A stretch of 58,425 nucleotides of DNA, the filler included, from Thelocarpon superellum (taxonomy: Eukaryota): the NCBI GenBank assembly GCA_026025795.1. It is 4 parts of 4 records of this genome, joined end to end, with 100 filler letters (N's around TTAATTAATTAA, not from the genome) between each part and the next. Parts side by side here need not be neighbours in the genome. Positions count along the whole stretch, not along the records: positions 14,697 to 29,286 come from JAPEUG010000429.1; positions 29,387 to 43,944 come from JAPEUG010000430.1; 2 more parts are not named here. The stretch is one strand, 5' to 3'. A program made the position numbers and the translations under genes. Shown here in pieces: positions 25,438-36,453 of this stretch. Within the stretch, counting starts at the first letter, position 1; every line of letters starts with the position of its first letter. The notes below the pieces were generated by a model, which ran no database searches, was not told the origin of the DNA, and worked only from the letters and a program-made list of their open reading frames with translations.

Positions 25438-25712
25438 TTCTTTGGACCATTTAATCAACTTCCTCGGCATGTGCGGTCCATGGGCCAGCCGCCATCACCT
25501 TTTCGGCCCTTTCGATTTCGAACGCGAAGACGATATCATGAACCTTCTCTCCGCACCAGTCAGCGGCCTGTGTGGGTCTGGGCATTCGGCTTCCAGCATC
25601 TGGCATGAAGCAGGCGTTCGGGTTCTTCGGGCGTTACGGAGGGACGGGCAGGGCCGATGGAAAGGGGGTGGCTGATCGAAGGGAGGATGGGTAGAGGGGC
25701 TCAAGGAATGGA

Positions 25713-25744
25713 GGGGTAGAGGGGTAGAGGGGTAGAGGGGTAGA
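25713..25744. repeat. (GGGGTAGA)x4 tandem repeat, G-quadruplex-capable
   Basis: Four G4 runs with 4-nt spacers downstream of KRE6. Confidence 0.85.
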
Positions 25745-26986
25745 CATGTCAGGGAACGAAGGGGTTAGTAAGGTTAAGGAGACACGCATGTTTCTTCTCA
25801 CGAGCGCATCCGGGCGGAGCATTGTTTGAATCTAAATTTAGGTGTCGGGTGATTTCTATAGTATCAACCGACCAAGATTCAGCAATGACACACGGCATGA
25901 ATGATGGACGATTGAGGCCTGAAGAGGAGTCATGTGCTCAGGCGAGCGGTATCTGGCGCATTCGCGCACGATCAATGACCAGGGTATGGTGAGCTGATAG
26001 CAGAGCGACTGGAACAAGCTCCATGGAGGTTATGTAAGCAGAAGGCTGTTTCAGCGCCTCTTCCTTCCATCACGGCTTAAAGCCTGCTTAATGCTCCATC
26101 CCTGCTGTGTAGATCGTGTAGATCATGCAAACCCAATCTTGGAGCCGCAGCGAGACCCGTCCCGGATGACTCAGCCGTTCGTTATCGAGTCCTGGGTCAG
26201 TGGTTGAAGTACGAGTGTGGTACTTCGTACGAAGTATGCCCCACACGCACTTTCGCACGCTGTCAACGAGATGTTCGCTCCTCGCTACTGGTCGACCGAC
26301 ATCCCAGCGTTGAGAGATTATTGATCCCTGTCGTCTGGACCAGCATCTGCCCGTCGATATTGAGCAACTTAACTCCCATCGATTGTACGGTCGATTCCCC
26401 CTCAGGGCCCTCAGGGCTTTATCGTCATGGCGGGATGTGATGAGATGCGGTGAGACGTGATAGGATGCGATAGGGTGGGGTGTGTCGCCTGCAAACCACG
26501 GACCAGCGTCACTTTCTGAGCCAAGCTGCGCAACGCTACGCTGCAAGCGCAGAGCGATTCATCTCCTCGAGTTTCCGTCTCATGTCCGCGGGGGGGGTAT
26601 TCGAATAGCCATCCTCAGTGGGTGGAGCTCGGGGGGCCTGTCAGGATGATTGTGTGCAGCACGAAGCACACGACATTCTGGTAAATTCAACGGCGACAGA
26701 CCACTGCGAGACGCTCGTACCTCATCCTGGCCGTGCATCTTCTTTTCTCGGCCTGGCTCGATTGGTTAAAAGTCAATCATCAGTAGAGGCCCATGGGTCG
26801 TTCGGCTTAGTCCATGTCTGTTCTCGACGTGCACTCGGGAGGGAGACGGGTCCCCTCTCTCCCGTTCTCTCTCTCTGTCTCTCACTCTCACTCTCACTCT
26901 CCACCTCCATCCACCCCTTCTCCCGAGCAAGCCATACCGTCTGACCGTGGTAGACGAGATCACATATCACCGTCTCATCTACCCAA

Positions 26987-28206
26987 ATGCTCCCTCGCTT
27001 CGTAACCCACCTGTTCGGTGTCATCTCCTGCTTCATTCTCACAAATGGCAACCATATCACGCGTCGCAGCGCCGAGCTCACCAAACGAGATTGGGTACCC
27101 CCTACCCCTCCCTCCCGCATAGCAAAGTGACCACGATGCTCATCAGATGTCACGTGCATCAGCGTCTGACATGCGGCGACCTTTGGCCTCCGGGCCGAGA
27201 CTCTGACGACTACCGCGGCGACTTCAGCTCCGTGACGGACATGTGCGGACCAGGCGGCGTCGGCTGCGAATGCCGCAACGGGGTCGTCAACTGCAACCAG
27301 CTGCCGGACGACTCCGACCTCGACTACGCCCACTACTACAACATTCTCCCGACCTCATTCAAGCCCTTCTGCCGGCGCGTGTGCCGGTGTCGCGAGAAGC
27401 GCAAGAAGGAAAACGACCCGGCCCGGGGCAACGATGCTGAGTCGAGAAGAAAACATCACAGGCCTCTTCCTAGTACGGGTAGTACTGAACAACACAACCG
27501 GCCCGGGACGGCGGGTAGCTCCAATGGGGCTGGACCGGGCGGGGTGATGAGCGTGCAGGGCTCCACGGCCGGAACGGCTCAGCAGCAACAGCGACAGCAA
27601 CAATGCTCGGCTCGCATCTGCTGGGACAGGGAGTCATGTGGCGCCCGGGACAAAGACCAGGCGGACGTGGACACACAGCCCCATGCAAACCCAGACCCAG
27701 ATGCCAATGCGAGCGCAGGAGGCTGCACGTGCGGCGCGCACGCCATCCGGGACCTGGAAAGCGGAACATTATTCCGTGGGGCGTGCGAGTGGCAGAGTGG
27801 CAACGACCTGTTCCCGCGCTCGGCGGGCGCGGGGGACGATATGGCCTTCGGATCCAACAATGGCTCGCTTGCGCACTTCAATGGCAGCAGCGGGAATGCC
27901 ACGCGGCCCGACGTGCGAGGCGAGGAAGGAGGAGGAGGAAGCGGCACACAGCAGCGAATGGCTTGTCCCTGCAACTGCACCCACGTGTCGACGCAATGCT
28001 GCTCGAGGCCTGCCAATGCTCGTGCGGGAGCGCTCCAACATCATGATGATGGTGGCGGCGGTGGTGAGAACCTCGGCGTGCTTCTGCCCCCCCCTGGCTT
28101 CTGCTGTAACTTCTCCTCCGGGGCTTTGCAGCCGGGCGAAAGAAGAAAGGCGGAAGCCAGAATCAAGCATGGTGGGTGGCTTGGTGCTGTGTTTGCCTGT
28201 GCTTGA
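26987..28206 (+). CDS. Putative secreted modular cysteine-rich protein (paralogue A)
   Basis: Inferred exon 1 (26987-27094) is MLPRFVTHLFGVISCFILTNG..TKRDW, a signal peptide plus KR. A GT-AG intron at 27095-27162 joins ORF 26947 in phase 0. Three Cys clusters follow. Confidence 0.65.
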
Positions 28207-28410
28207 TTTTCTACCCCGTGACTGTGTCTATTCGCGGATTGTATTTGCATCAAACCGCCGTGTCCAAGGGATATATACGAGGTACATGCGTCTATCCTCT
28301 TTCATCTGAACAAACAGAGAGCAGGGCAGTCAATCGAAATGTCAAACAAGCCGTTGACTAGGCAGGATATCATCACAGCAGTAAAGACATCTTGCTCCAA
28401 ACGCCCGAGA

Positions 28411-29286
28411 TCAAGCATCCGCAACACAAAAGGTACTGTTGGTGACGCGGGTGCCATTGCCAAAGGCACCAGAGGTGGTGTTGCAACACTGGTAGTCGTT
28501 GGGGACGGCGACGACTCCCGTCTGTTTCGAGGGGTCCTCGTACACCAGGCCCAACACCGAGGGGGGGCAGCATGCCGTCGACATGTAGGTGCAGTTGCAA
28601 GGACATGAGTATCCGTCGAAGAGGGCGACGATTGCATCCAAGTACCCCGTGCTGTTGGGCATCAATTCGGTGCCATTGCCGAGGGTGCCGCTGGTGGTGG
28701 TAGAGTTGGTGGTCATGTTGGCCGCGGTGTCGTGGACGACGCCGGCCGGATCGACGCTGCCCAGACTCTGTAGGCCATCGCCACCGCGCGCTCGGAGCAA
28801 ACGCGGATTGGGAGAGGGGCGACGATGGTGCTTCTTCACTCCGCCCCCTTGAGCACGCAACCCATTTTTGCCTGGAGACCCCCCGCGACGCCGCCGTCTG
28901 ATACTGCCCTCCACACAGACCGGTTGTTGTACCACTTGCGCTTGCGTAGCGGACTGTCGTAAACGGTCACCAGACCGCTCTCCTGGATTCTCCGTCATGC
29001 AGTAATGTGTTGCCGGGAGTTGGAAAATGACTGGCCACCCTTTGGTTCGGCGTGCTTGGCCACCTGCGCTGGCCCCCGCGCCGGCTGTATTGGCAGTCTG
29101 GGGTCCTTGTTGGAGCTGGGAGGCACTCCAAGTGTCGCTCTGGCTGGCGTGGCTACCACTTCCGCTCTGGTCGGCGCTCCCACCACCTCCATTTACCACG
29201 GCCTTGCCCTTTCCCTTCAGATCGGTGCTCCCGCCGCTTCCACTTCCACTTCCACTTCCACTTCCACTTCCACTTCCACTTCCACT
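28411..29286 (-). CDS. Cysteine-rich protein (paralogue B), 5' end lost at the contig end
   Basis: The C-terminal CPCNCTYMSTACC..CCNTTSGA..FC domain is homologous to paralogue A and has several N-x-S/T sequons. The frame stays open to the microsatellite/gap, so the start is unknown. Confidence 0.65.
   Translation of the reverse strand, partial: SGSGSGSGSGSGSGSGSGGSTDLKGKGKAVVNGGGGSADQSGSGSHASQSDTWSASQLQQGPQTANTAGAGASAGGQARRTKGWPVIFQLPATHYCMTENPGERSGDRLRQSATQAQVVQQPVCVEGSIRRRRRGGSPGKNGLRAQGGGVKKHHRRPSPNPRLLRARGGDGLQSLGSVDPAGVVHDTAANMTTNSTTTSGTLGNGTELMPNSTGYLDAIVALFDGYSCPCNCTYMSTACCPPSVLGLVYEDPSKQTGVVAVPNDYQCCNTTSGAFGNGTRVTNSTFCVADA
29239..29286. repeat. (TCCACT)x8 microsatellite at the contig end
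   Basis: Direct reading. Confidence 0.95.
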
Positions 29287-29386
29287 NNNNNNNNNNNNNN
29301 NNNNNNNNNNNNNNNNNNNNNNNNNNNNNNTTAATTAATTAANNNNNNNNNNNNNNNNNNNNNNNNNNNNNNNNNNNNNNNNNNNN
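29287..29386. other. Artificial contig spacer
   Basis: N44-TTAATTAATTAA-N44. Confidence 0.98.
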
Positions 29387-32324
29387 GTCTTCTTATCCCA
29401 GATAAAGACGTGACCAGAGTCACTCCCGCTGACGACGTACTCGTCGTTCAAGCCGTAGAAATTGACGTCCTTCACTGTCTTGACATTGCAATGTCCCCGG
29501 TATTGCCGAGTGTGGGATGAACACGGCACGTGCTGCTCCACCCTCTTTCGCATTCTGCTACGGTCAAAGGCTGAAGCCCACATGAACCGACGTTCCTCGG
29601 CCGTCATTCCATCATCGTCATCGTCATCGTCAGCGACCTCGTCGTCATCGTCATCATCTTCGACGTCGTCACCGTCACTCGCTTCGTCCTCATTCTCGTC
29701 TTCGCCTGCATGCCCACTTCTTGCGTCAAGCTGATCCGCGAGGTCGTCGCGGAAGTCATCGAGAAGCATCATATCATCGTCCGACAGGGCTTCCTCGACG
29801 GTCATCGCCCGAGTGGCGTACGCTGGCGGGGATTCCGACGCAGATCCCGACGTCGCAGGCCCAGTATAGCTTACCATAGGCGTCGGGGAAGGGTGGTAGT
29901 CGGTGTCACTCGTGGCCTCAACAGGGTCGTCGTCATCGTGGAGACTGGTGCTCGAGGAAGAGGTACTGTCGTCCCATTCACCCGCGTGAACGCCCCCAAA
30001 GGCCTTCTCGACGAAGCCAAAATTGACCCCCTCTGCGGCATTCCTCAGCAACCCACGCGCGACTTTGAGGGCCCAGAACCGGAGACAGACTCGACGATCC
30101 TGGCTTTCGAGCGGGGCTTCGTCCTCGTCGGCCGAAGATGGCGTCGTCGCGCGGAATGGATGTCGTACGGCATCGCCGAAAGCAATGACCGCGGCGGTCT
30201 CCGTCTCGAAGCTAATCTGATACTCGTCAAACTCGAATCTCGAGGCATCCACGTCCGGTATACTACGAGTACCAGCCCGACGGAAGAGATGTGGGATCAA
30301 GATCTCCTCTATCGCATCCGGCCCCTGATGTTCTCGAATAGGCCAGCGCAGGCTATCACGCCGTCGATCGGGCGTCTGAGTGAAGCAGTGGAGCAGGCTC
30401 TCTCGGCCACCATCGAGCCAGGAGAGGATGGCCCGAGCGAAATCATAGCAGAACTCGACCCTCTCAGGGAGGGGTTGGCTCGTGTTGGAATGATGAGTGA
30501 GCTGCTGGAAATACTGTAGTATTGGGCTTTCGCCAACGCCCGCGGTCCGCAGCTGTCCACCGAGGACCCGGGCCAGCGTTCCGGCCGCCTGCACAAATCG
30601 CCGGGTGGAGTCCCGGTTCTTGCGTAGGGTCTGCTGAACGATAACTTCCTCCTCCGATGGGTTGACGGGATAGCGCCAGGTTCGCATGATCTCGTCCATG
30701 GTCTGGATGCATGTCGCAGCGTGCGAGAGGACGTTGTTCATTGACGCTCTACTTCTAACAATCGCGTCGGAAAAGCTGGCTTCCTCTGTTGCGTGTTGGG
30801 ACGACACCAGCCGGAACATTTCTCTTCGGATACTGACTATGCTGTGGGCGATGCGCCGACTTCGTGTGATTGCGTCATGTCGCCCGGTTTCTCGAGAAGT
30901 TGGTGTGGAATGCCTCCGATCCACCGCAGTCGTGGCCGGCCTCGTCGGCTCGATAGGAATCTCTTCGCTCTGGCCATTGGCATACCTTACTCTCAAGGCG
31001 AGTTCTTCCTCCTCCTCCTCCTTTTCAATGTCTTCGTCGTCTTTCACTGTCGCCCCAACGGGCTGACTAGAATCCGGTCCTCCGCGCCCTTGTTCAGGAG
31101 ACTCACTGGAGGCAGCTTGACCTCGCTTCCGCTTGCGATCACGCGCTTCATTGCCTCGTGTCTTGGCCAGGCCCGAGGTTAGGCTCTCGGCGGATGGTTC
31201 GGAGTCTTCTCTTGCATCGGGACTTTTGACGAGATCAAAGGTGTAGATCCAGTCGCCGGACCAGCTAACCACGATCTCGTTCGGGTTGGCGTCGCTAATC
31301 TTACACGCCGTGATGTGATTGTTGTCCGTCCGCTTCATCCTTGTGGCACCATTTGGGGCAAAGCGGCGCACGCACTGGGTCGCCTGACCAGTGAGCGACT
31401 CGTCGTCTTCGTGCGGGGCTCGGGCTGCAGAAGGCGTGCCGCGTTCTAGGGTTCGGTCTCGTCCCAGCATTCGTCGGTCATGCAAGAAGCAGTGAAGATG
31501 GGCGCCGCCCAAAGCAATGTAATGAGGCTGGCTTGCGGAGCATGAGATGGTGTTAAGGTCGAGTCGATAGCGTTTGTAAGAAATGAGCGGGGGCGGGACG
31601 TTGGTGTCGTCATGGTCTCCGCCCCTGGCCATGAATCCTCGGCCACCGCGCGGCGGGGGATACGCCGACGAGGGCTGACGTAGATCCCACTGCCGTACCT
31701 CGCCATCCTCGGAGCAGGTCAAGAAGAGGTAGGGAGAGGATTCTGTGACGATCCGCTTCACGCGGTCGGAATGAGATCGGTAAACACGGCAGTTGGTGTC
31801 GGCCTCGCCGAGATAGCGGACACCATTGAAGGTGGAATTGTTCCCCCGCCGTCGTTCGGTGGCGACGTCAACAGGGATGGTGGACCGAGCGGAACGTTCG
31901 ACATCGAAGACTCGAACCTCGCCGTCGCCCGCGCAGCTGACGAGAGTTTGGTCGTTGGAGTGGGGCATGAACTTGGTGGAAAAAATGTTGGCGGTGTGTC
32001 CAGTGGAGATGGAGGTGGTCAGGGAAAAGGGGGCGATGGTTGATTCGGGTTGATGGGAATGGATGTTGAGATGTTGGTCGTCGGAGCCGGACGCCAGCAG
32101 TCGGCCAGACCTGGACCAGCTAAAGGACCTTGCATCAGCCTATCAGTCAAGACGGCAGCGGGGCCATGAGCCTACCACAGAGTATTGACACATCCCGAGT
32201 GACCCCCGAGCTCGTTGACGATATCGAGCTCATCCACCCAGCCCTTGTCCCCGTAGAGGGCAGTGACACTGGCCTCCTGTGGGACAATGCCGAGCTCTCG
32301 CTGCAGCAGACGGGAGAGCTTCAT
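29387..32324 (-). CDS. WD40 protein of the DCAF6/DCAF8 (iqw1-like) family, 3' truncated
   Basis: GHSGCVNTLCW, LASGSDD, GHTANIFSTKF, HSDRVKRI, CSEDGEVRQWDLR, YRGHCNVKTVKDVNF and SGSDSGHVFIWDK. Intron at 32120-32175. Confidence 0.88.
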
Positions 32325-33501
32325 GACGACTCAATCGCCGAACACGGCGTTGGCCCCATGTGGAGGTTTCACATCAGTGGATCAGCTATTCAACCACCAC
32401 GGCCGTGTGTCTTGTTCCATTCGTGAACATGGCTTGTGTCAAAGCTTCACCGTTCGTTGGAGCCGGGTCACGAGGACCTGATCACATGATCAATCTAAGA
32501 GACTTGCTCTGATGTCACTCCATCCGCACATTGCTCTTGAGCTACAGATGTAGGATACGGGCGGCGTGGCGCTAACGGTGGCTAGTAGTGGGGAGCTCTT
32601 TGGCTATGATCTTCACCCAGGGTGTTTCTGACGTTTCCGAGCGGTAGAGGGCGGACGGAGAGCTCTGCCCAGGTCTGTCAAGCGAGACCCCTGCACGATG
32701 GTACGAAGTACTTGGTACTGGTGGTGACACAAAGCATTGCGCTCACCAGTGGGCTGTGGTTCGACTTGCCCCGCAGTTAGGCGGAGAAGGCTGCCGGTAT
32801 CAATTGCGAACACGGCGACGAGGTCTAGTGTCCTAGACCCGCGTTGTCGCGATTCGAAAGATTGGTCCTCGTCAGCAACGCTCGGGCTTTTGTGTGTCTC
32901 CCAGCTGAAGCTGCCAGCTGAAGCTACAAAAGACGACAGACGTAGCTTCGAAGGCATACCTTGCCTTAATGCAAGAATGGCCTCAGACCCGGTGGGTTCC
33001 CGTTGAGGTCAGCGCTGCCTCGTCTGTCTTGCCGGTGACGTGCCAGCGAAGGCATCGTCACATGTGAACGGGGTGGCTGAGTCATCGTCCGCCCGAGCTT
33101 TAGACCCCGCCGTGGAGCTGCAGGTGGCGTATCACTCCTCCTCGTAGGTGTCATAGGAGGCCCAGCAGGCTCCCGGGAGAAGCAGGAGGACCAGGGAACC
33201 AACTCGTTGACGTATAGCGTCAGGCGGGAGCCAGTCGCGGGTGCCACTGGCCGCCATCCCCTCCCGCTCATGCCGCACGTCAACTGTGGGCGGCAAATGT
33301 CGCACCACGGAGCCTCTGCTTGTCTGCCGTATCCTATCGCCTCGCAACAATTCGCTCCTAACACTCCACACGCTCACTCTCCGTCGGGCTCGCCGTCTCT
33401 CGCCACCGCCATCCCTCTCACAGGCCACGCTCCGTGCAGGCTGCATCGCGAGTGTCTCCCGCTCCCGACCCGGCGGCGCTCAACCGCGGTTCCTCATCGA
33501 C

Positions 33502-34293
33502 ATGGGTAAGCCACCCAATCTTTACACCTTCCCGGACGTGGCGACACTTGCCGCCAGCCTCCGACACTACGTCCTCGGCGCCCAAGCCGACGGGCTCAAA
33601 CGCCATGGCGCATTTAAGATTGCCGTATCCGGCGGCTCCCTCGCCAAGGTCCTCGCTCAAGCGCTCCTCACGCCGGGCCACGGCCGGCCCGACGAGACGA
33701 TCGAGTGGGACAAGTGGGAGATCTTCTTTGCCGACGAGCGGGCGGTTCCGCTTGACGACCACGACAGTAACTTCAAGCTCCTGAAAGATGACCTCCTCGA
33801 CAAATTACCGGCCGGCACGCCCTCACCCGTCGTCCATACGATCGACGTGCAGCATCTAGACGATGTGCAAGAGATGGCGGATGAGTATGAACAAGCGCTG
33901 GTGCGGTCTTTTGCCGCCAAAGACTCGGTCAAACTGCCCGTCTTCGATCTCATCCTCCTGGGCTGCGGGCCAGACGGACACACCTGCTCACTCTTCCCCC
34001 AGCATCCCCTGCTGCGCGAGGGCGATGCGTGGGTCGCGCCCATCGAAGACTCGCCCAAGCCTCCACCCAGACGCATCACGCTGACCTTACCCGTCGTCAC
34101 CCACGGATTGAAGATCGCCTTTGTCGCCACCGGCGCCGGCAAGAAGAACATCCTGCGCACCATCTTTGACCTGGAGGAAGGCGCCGGCTTACCAAGTGGC
34201 CTGGTCAACGAAGGCGGGGCTGACCGTGTCTGCTGGTTCACCGATCAGGCAGCCGTCGAGGGTGTGCTCTTTCCAAAGCGAGGCAATCTGTGA
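33502..34293 (+). CDS. 6-phosphogluconolactonase (SOL family)
   Basis: AVSGGSL, FFADERAVP, DSNF, FDLILLGCGPDGHTCSLFP and DSPKPPPRRITLT. No introns. Confidence 0.95.
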   Translation: MGKPPNLYTFPDVATLAASLRHYVLGAQADGLKRHGAFKIAVSGGSLAKVLAQALLTPGHGRPDETIEWDKWEIFFADERAVPLDDHDSNFKLLKDDLLDKLPAGTPSPVVHTIDVQHLDDVQEMADEYEQALVRSFAAKDSVKLPVFDLILLGCGPDGHTCSLFPQHPLLREGDAWVAPIEDSPKPPPRRITLTLPVVTHGLKIAFVATGAGKKNILRTIFDLEEGAGLPSGLVNEGGADRVCWFTDQAAVEGVLFPKRGNL

Positions 34294-34800
34294 TCGCAGC
34301 TAATGTCTGAGACGAGCGTGACGGCCTGGACAATGGAGCTTCGCGTGCCCATGTATGCCGATATGTGCGATGGCTTGCGGTAGATGAGACAAACGGCCAA
34401 TGCCGCTAGAGTGCCGTACTTGGCGAGCTGTTTGATCTCCTTTCTGTCGTGTCTTCCTCCCTTTGTACTCTTCTCGCCATCGAATGCGACCGTAAGACAT
34501 GGTGGCTAACTTCCAGCATGTTCAGCTGTGATATCTTCATTTTTTGGACGAAGAGACATGAGGACGCTGTAGACGGCTGCAGTTCGGCTAACACCCGTCA
34601 CATCACGTAACAGTCATGCTCGACCTCGTCAACGGTCGCAGTCAATAAGATCGCTCTCGTTAAACCACGACAATCTGTGACCAATGTGTGAGCAACGATG
34701 GCATCGAGCTCGAGCTCGAGCACGAGCTGCGCCAAAGTGGTGTCCCACCGTCTGTTCACAATGTGGAGACATCTCCGATACTGACCGCAAATCTTGACCG

Positions 34801-36453
34801 ATGTCCAGCAACGTCCTTGACTCCAAGGATCTCCTTGGACGGGGCAAGGAACACGCGACAGGGACTGCTCCCGCCGCGAAGAATGTGTCCCCTAGTCGGC
34901 TACCACGACCTGGGTCACATAGGTTCGCGAAGCCGGTGGGTCAACCCGAGGATCCACAGCAGCGCCCAGACCGGTCTTCGAGACGGAGGACCATCCCGGC
35001 GCATCTCTCACAGGCAGACTTCGTCTGCCCGCCCAGCGACAATGGCAAAGCGGATGGGAAGGCACCTGACAAAGCGGATTTGAAAGAAAGCCTCCGAAAG
35101 CCCCGCGGGGCTGGCGATGTGGGTCCCGCCGCGAATAGGTTCCACTCGAGAACGAATTCCGCCGTCACAGGGACGGCCCGTGCTGCGCATCAAAGTACTC
35201 GACAAACATCGCTGGCGGACCGTGGTGTACCGCCGAGCTCATCGTCGGCGTCTGGGACGTCCACGAAGCCGCGGCCACTATCTCTTCTGGTGAGAGGGAG
35301 GGCCGATCCGGAAGGGGCCGCTCCGGAAGGGGCCGCTCGTCAGTCGACGTCAGGATCCACTCTTCATGTCGGGACGTCAAGGGTTGCGGCGGCCAAGGAA
35401 GGAAGGTCATCGACGGAGTCCCGCTCATCCGTAAGGGTACCTTCGGACGCCTCCATCAAGGATTCCAAGCCATCTACAGCTCGTGACCGGGCCTCGTTGC
35501 GACGTGGGGAGGATGATGAGCCATCGTCCCGCCCGAGTCGGCCAAGCGCCGTCCGCGCAGCACCCGGACCGGCCAAGCCCGTCAAGACCAGCAAACCTGG
35601 CTTCTCTACCCTACAGCAGCACTTCACACCCAAAAAAGCTACCCGGCAGCCCTCAGCCTCGGCGCCCGCTGGAGCAGAGCTCGCCGCCGACGCCCGGTCG
35701 GCAGAGGTAGCTCGGCAGCAGACACGACTGCTGCAGCTACATCTGCTCCACTCTACCTTCGAGGACACGTATCGCCAGTGGCGACTGAGCGCCAAGCACG
35801 AGAGTCAGGAACGCTTCGAGTGGGTCTCACGCACATGCCAGGAGTTGGAGGCTGTGGAGCGACAGGAGCAAGAAAATCTAAACATTCGGGCTCTCCGACG
35901 CTGGGCGGAGGCGTCTCCAGTGGGATTGGGCTTGGAAGAAAAGACGCAAACGCTCGGCCCGCCACTCCAGGATCTCATGAGCCTCACAGACGTCGAGGGC
36001 AAGCACACCCGTCTCCGCGGGCGCTTTGAGCGCTGGGTCGGTTGGGCGCAAGACGTGTGGGTCTCCCGTGAGGCAGGCTGCACGTCGGATGAAGGCAATG
36101 ACGAGCTCCCATTCGTCCAGCCGCTGGGCGATGACTGGTTCGCTCAGAGTCACGGCCTGTCACGACGCGTGACGACGCATCAGCGGGCGCTGGACATGCT
36201 CGAGGAGCCACTGGCCGGGTCCAGCCTCTGGCGAGTGGTGATGGGCAGTAAATCCATGGTCAGTGGCGTCTTGGAGGAGCTGGATCTGATGCGTCAGATC
36301 CACGATGACATGATGGCTCGAGAACATCAGTGGCTGGACACGCAGATGCAACATGTCGCCCGAGACCTCGATCAAGATGTGAACGGCGTCGATGCAGCTG
36401 TTGGCGCGCGTCGGGGCATCTGGACGAGCCAGGCGGAAGGTCGCCGGCGCTAG
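34801..36453 (+). CDS. Hypothetical protein: basic disordered N-terminus plus helical/coiled-coil C-terminus
   Basis: 550-aa ATG-initiated ORF. An S/R/P-rich first half is followed by FSTLQQHFTPKK, QTRLLQLHLLH and a helical C-terminal half. Confidence 0.8.
   Translation: MSSNVLDSKDLLGRGKEHATGTAPAAKNVSPSRLPRPGSHRFAKPVGQPEDPQQRPDRSSRRRTIPAHLSQADFVCPPSDNGKADGKAPDKADLKESLRKPRGAGDVGPAANRFHSRTNSAVTGTARAAHQSTRQTSLADRGVPPSSSSASGTSTKPRPLSLLVRGRADPEGAAPEGAARQSTSGSTLHVGTSRVAAAKEGRSSTESRSSVRVPSDASIKDSKPSTARDRASLRRGEDDEPSSRPSRPSAVRAAPGPAKPVKTSKPGFSTLQQHFTPKKATRQPSASAPAGAELAADARSAEVARQQTRLLQLHLLHSTFEDTYRQWRLSAKHESQERFEWVSRTCQELEAVERQEQENLNIRALRRWAEASPVGLGLEEKTQTLGPPLQDLMSLTDVEGKHTRLRGRFERWVGWAQDVWVSREAGCTSDEGNDELPFVQPLGDDWFAQSHGLSRRVTTHQRALDMLEEPLAGSSLWRVVMGSKSMVSGVLEELDLMRQIHDDMMAREHQWLDTQMQHVARDLDQDVNGVDAAVGARRGIWTSQAEGRRR

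Noticed and set aside
25331..25675. Tandem donor GTGAGTATGG and CAGCAG acceptor in the last KRE6 intron
   Set aside because: The alternative frames give no recognisable signal, unlike the Crh case; the canonical splice restores the expected W..TGYGWPK..L..C end.
34276..34305. Cryptic peroxisomal targeting of the lactonase (..KRGNL*)
   Set aside because: GNL is a poor PTS1 match and the stop context is TGA-TCG, not the TGA-CTA readthrough motif.
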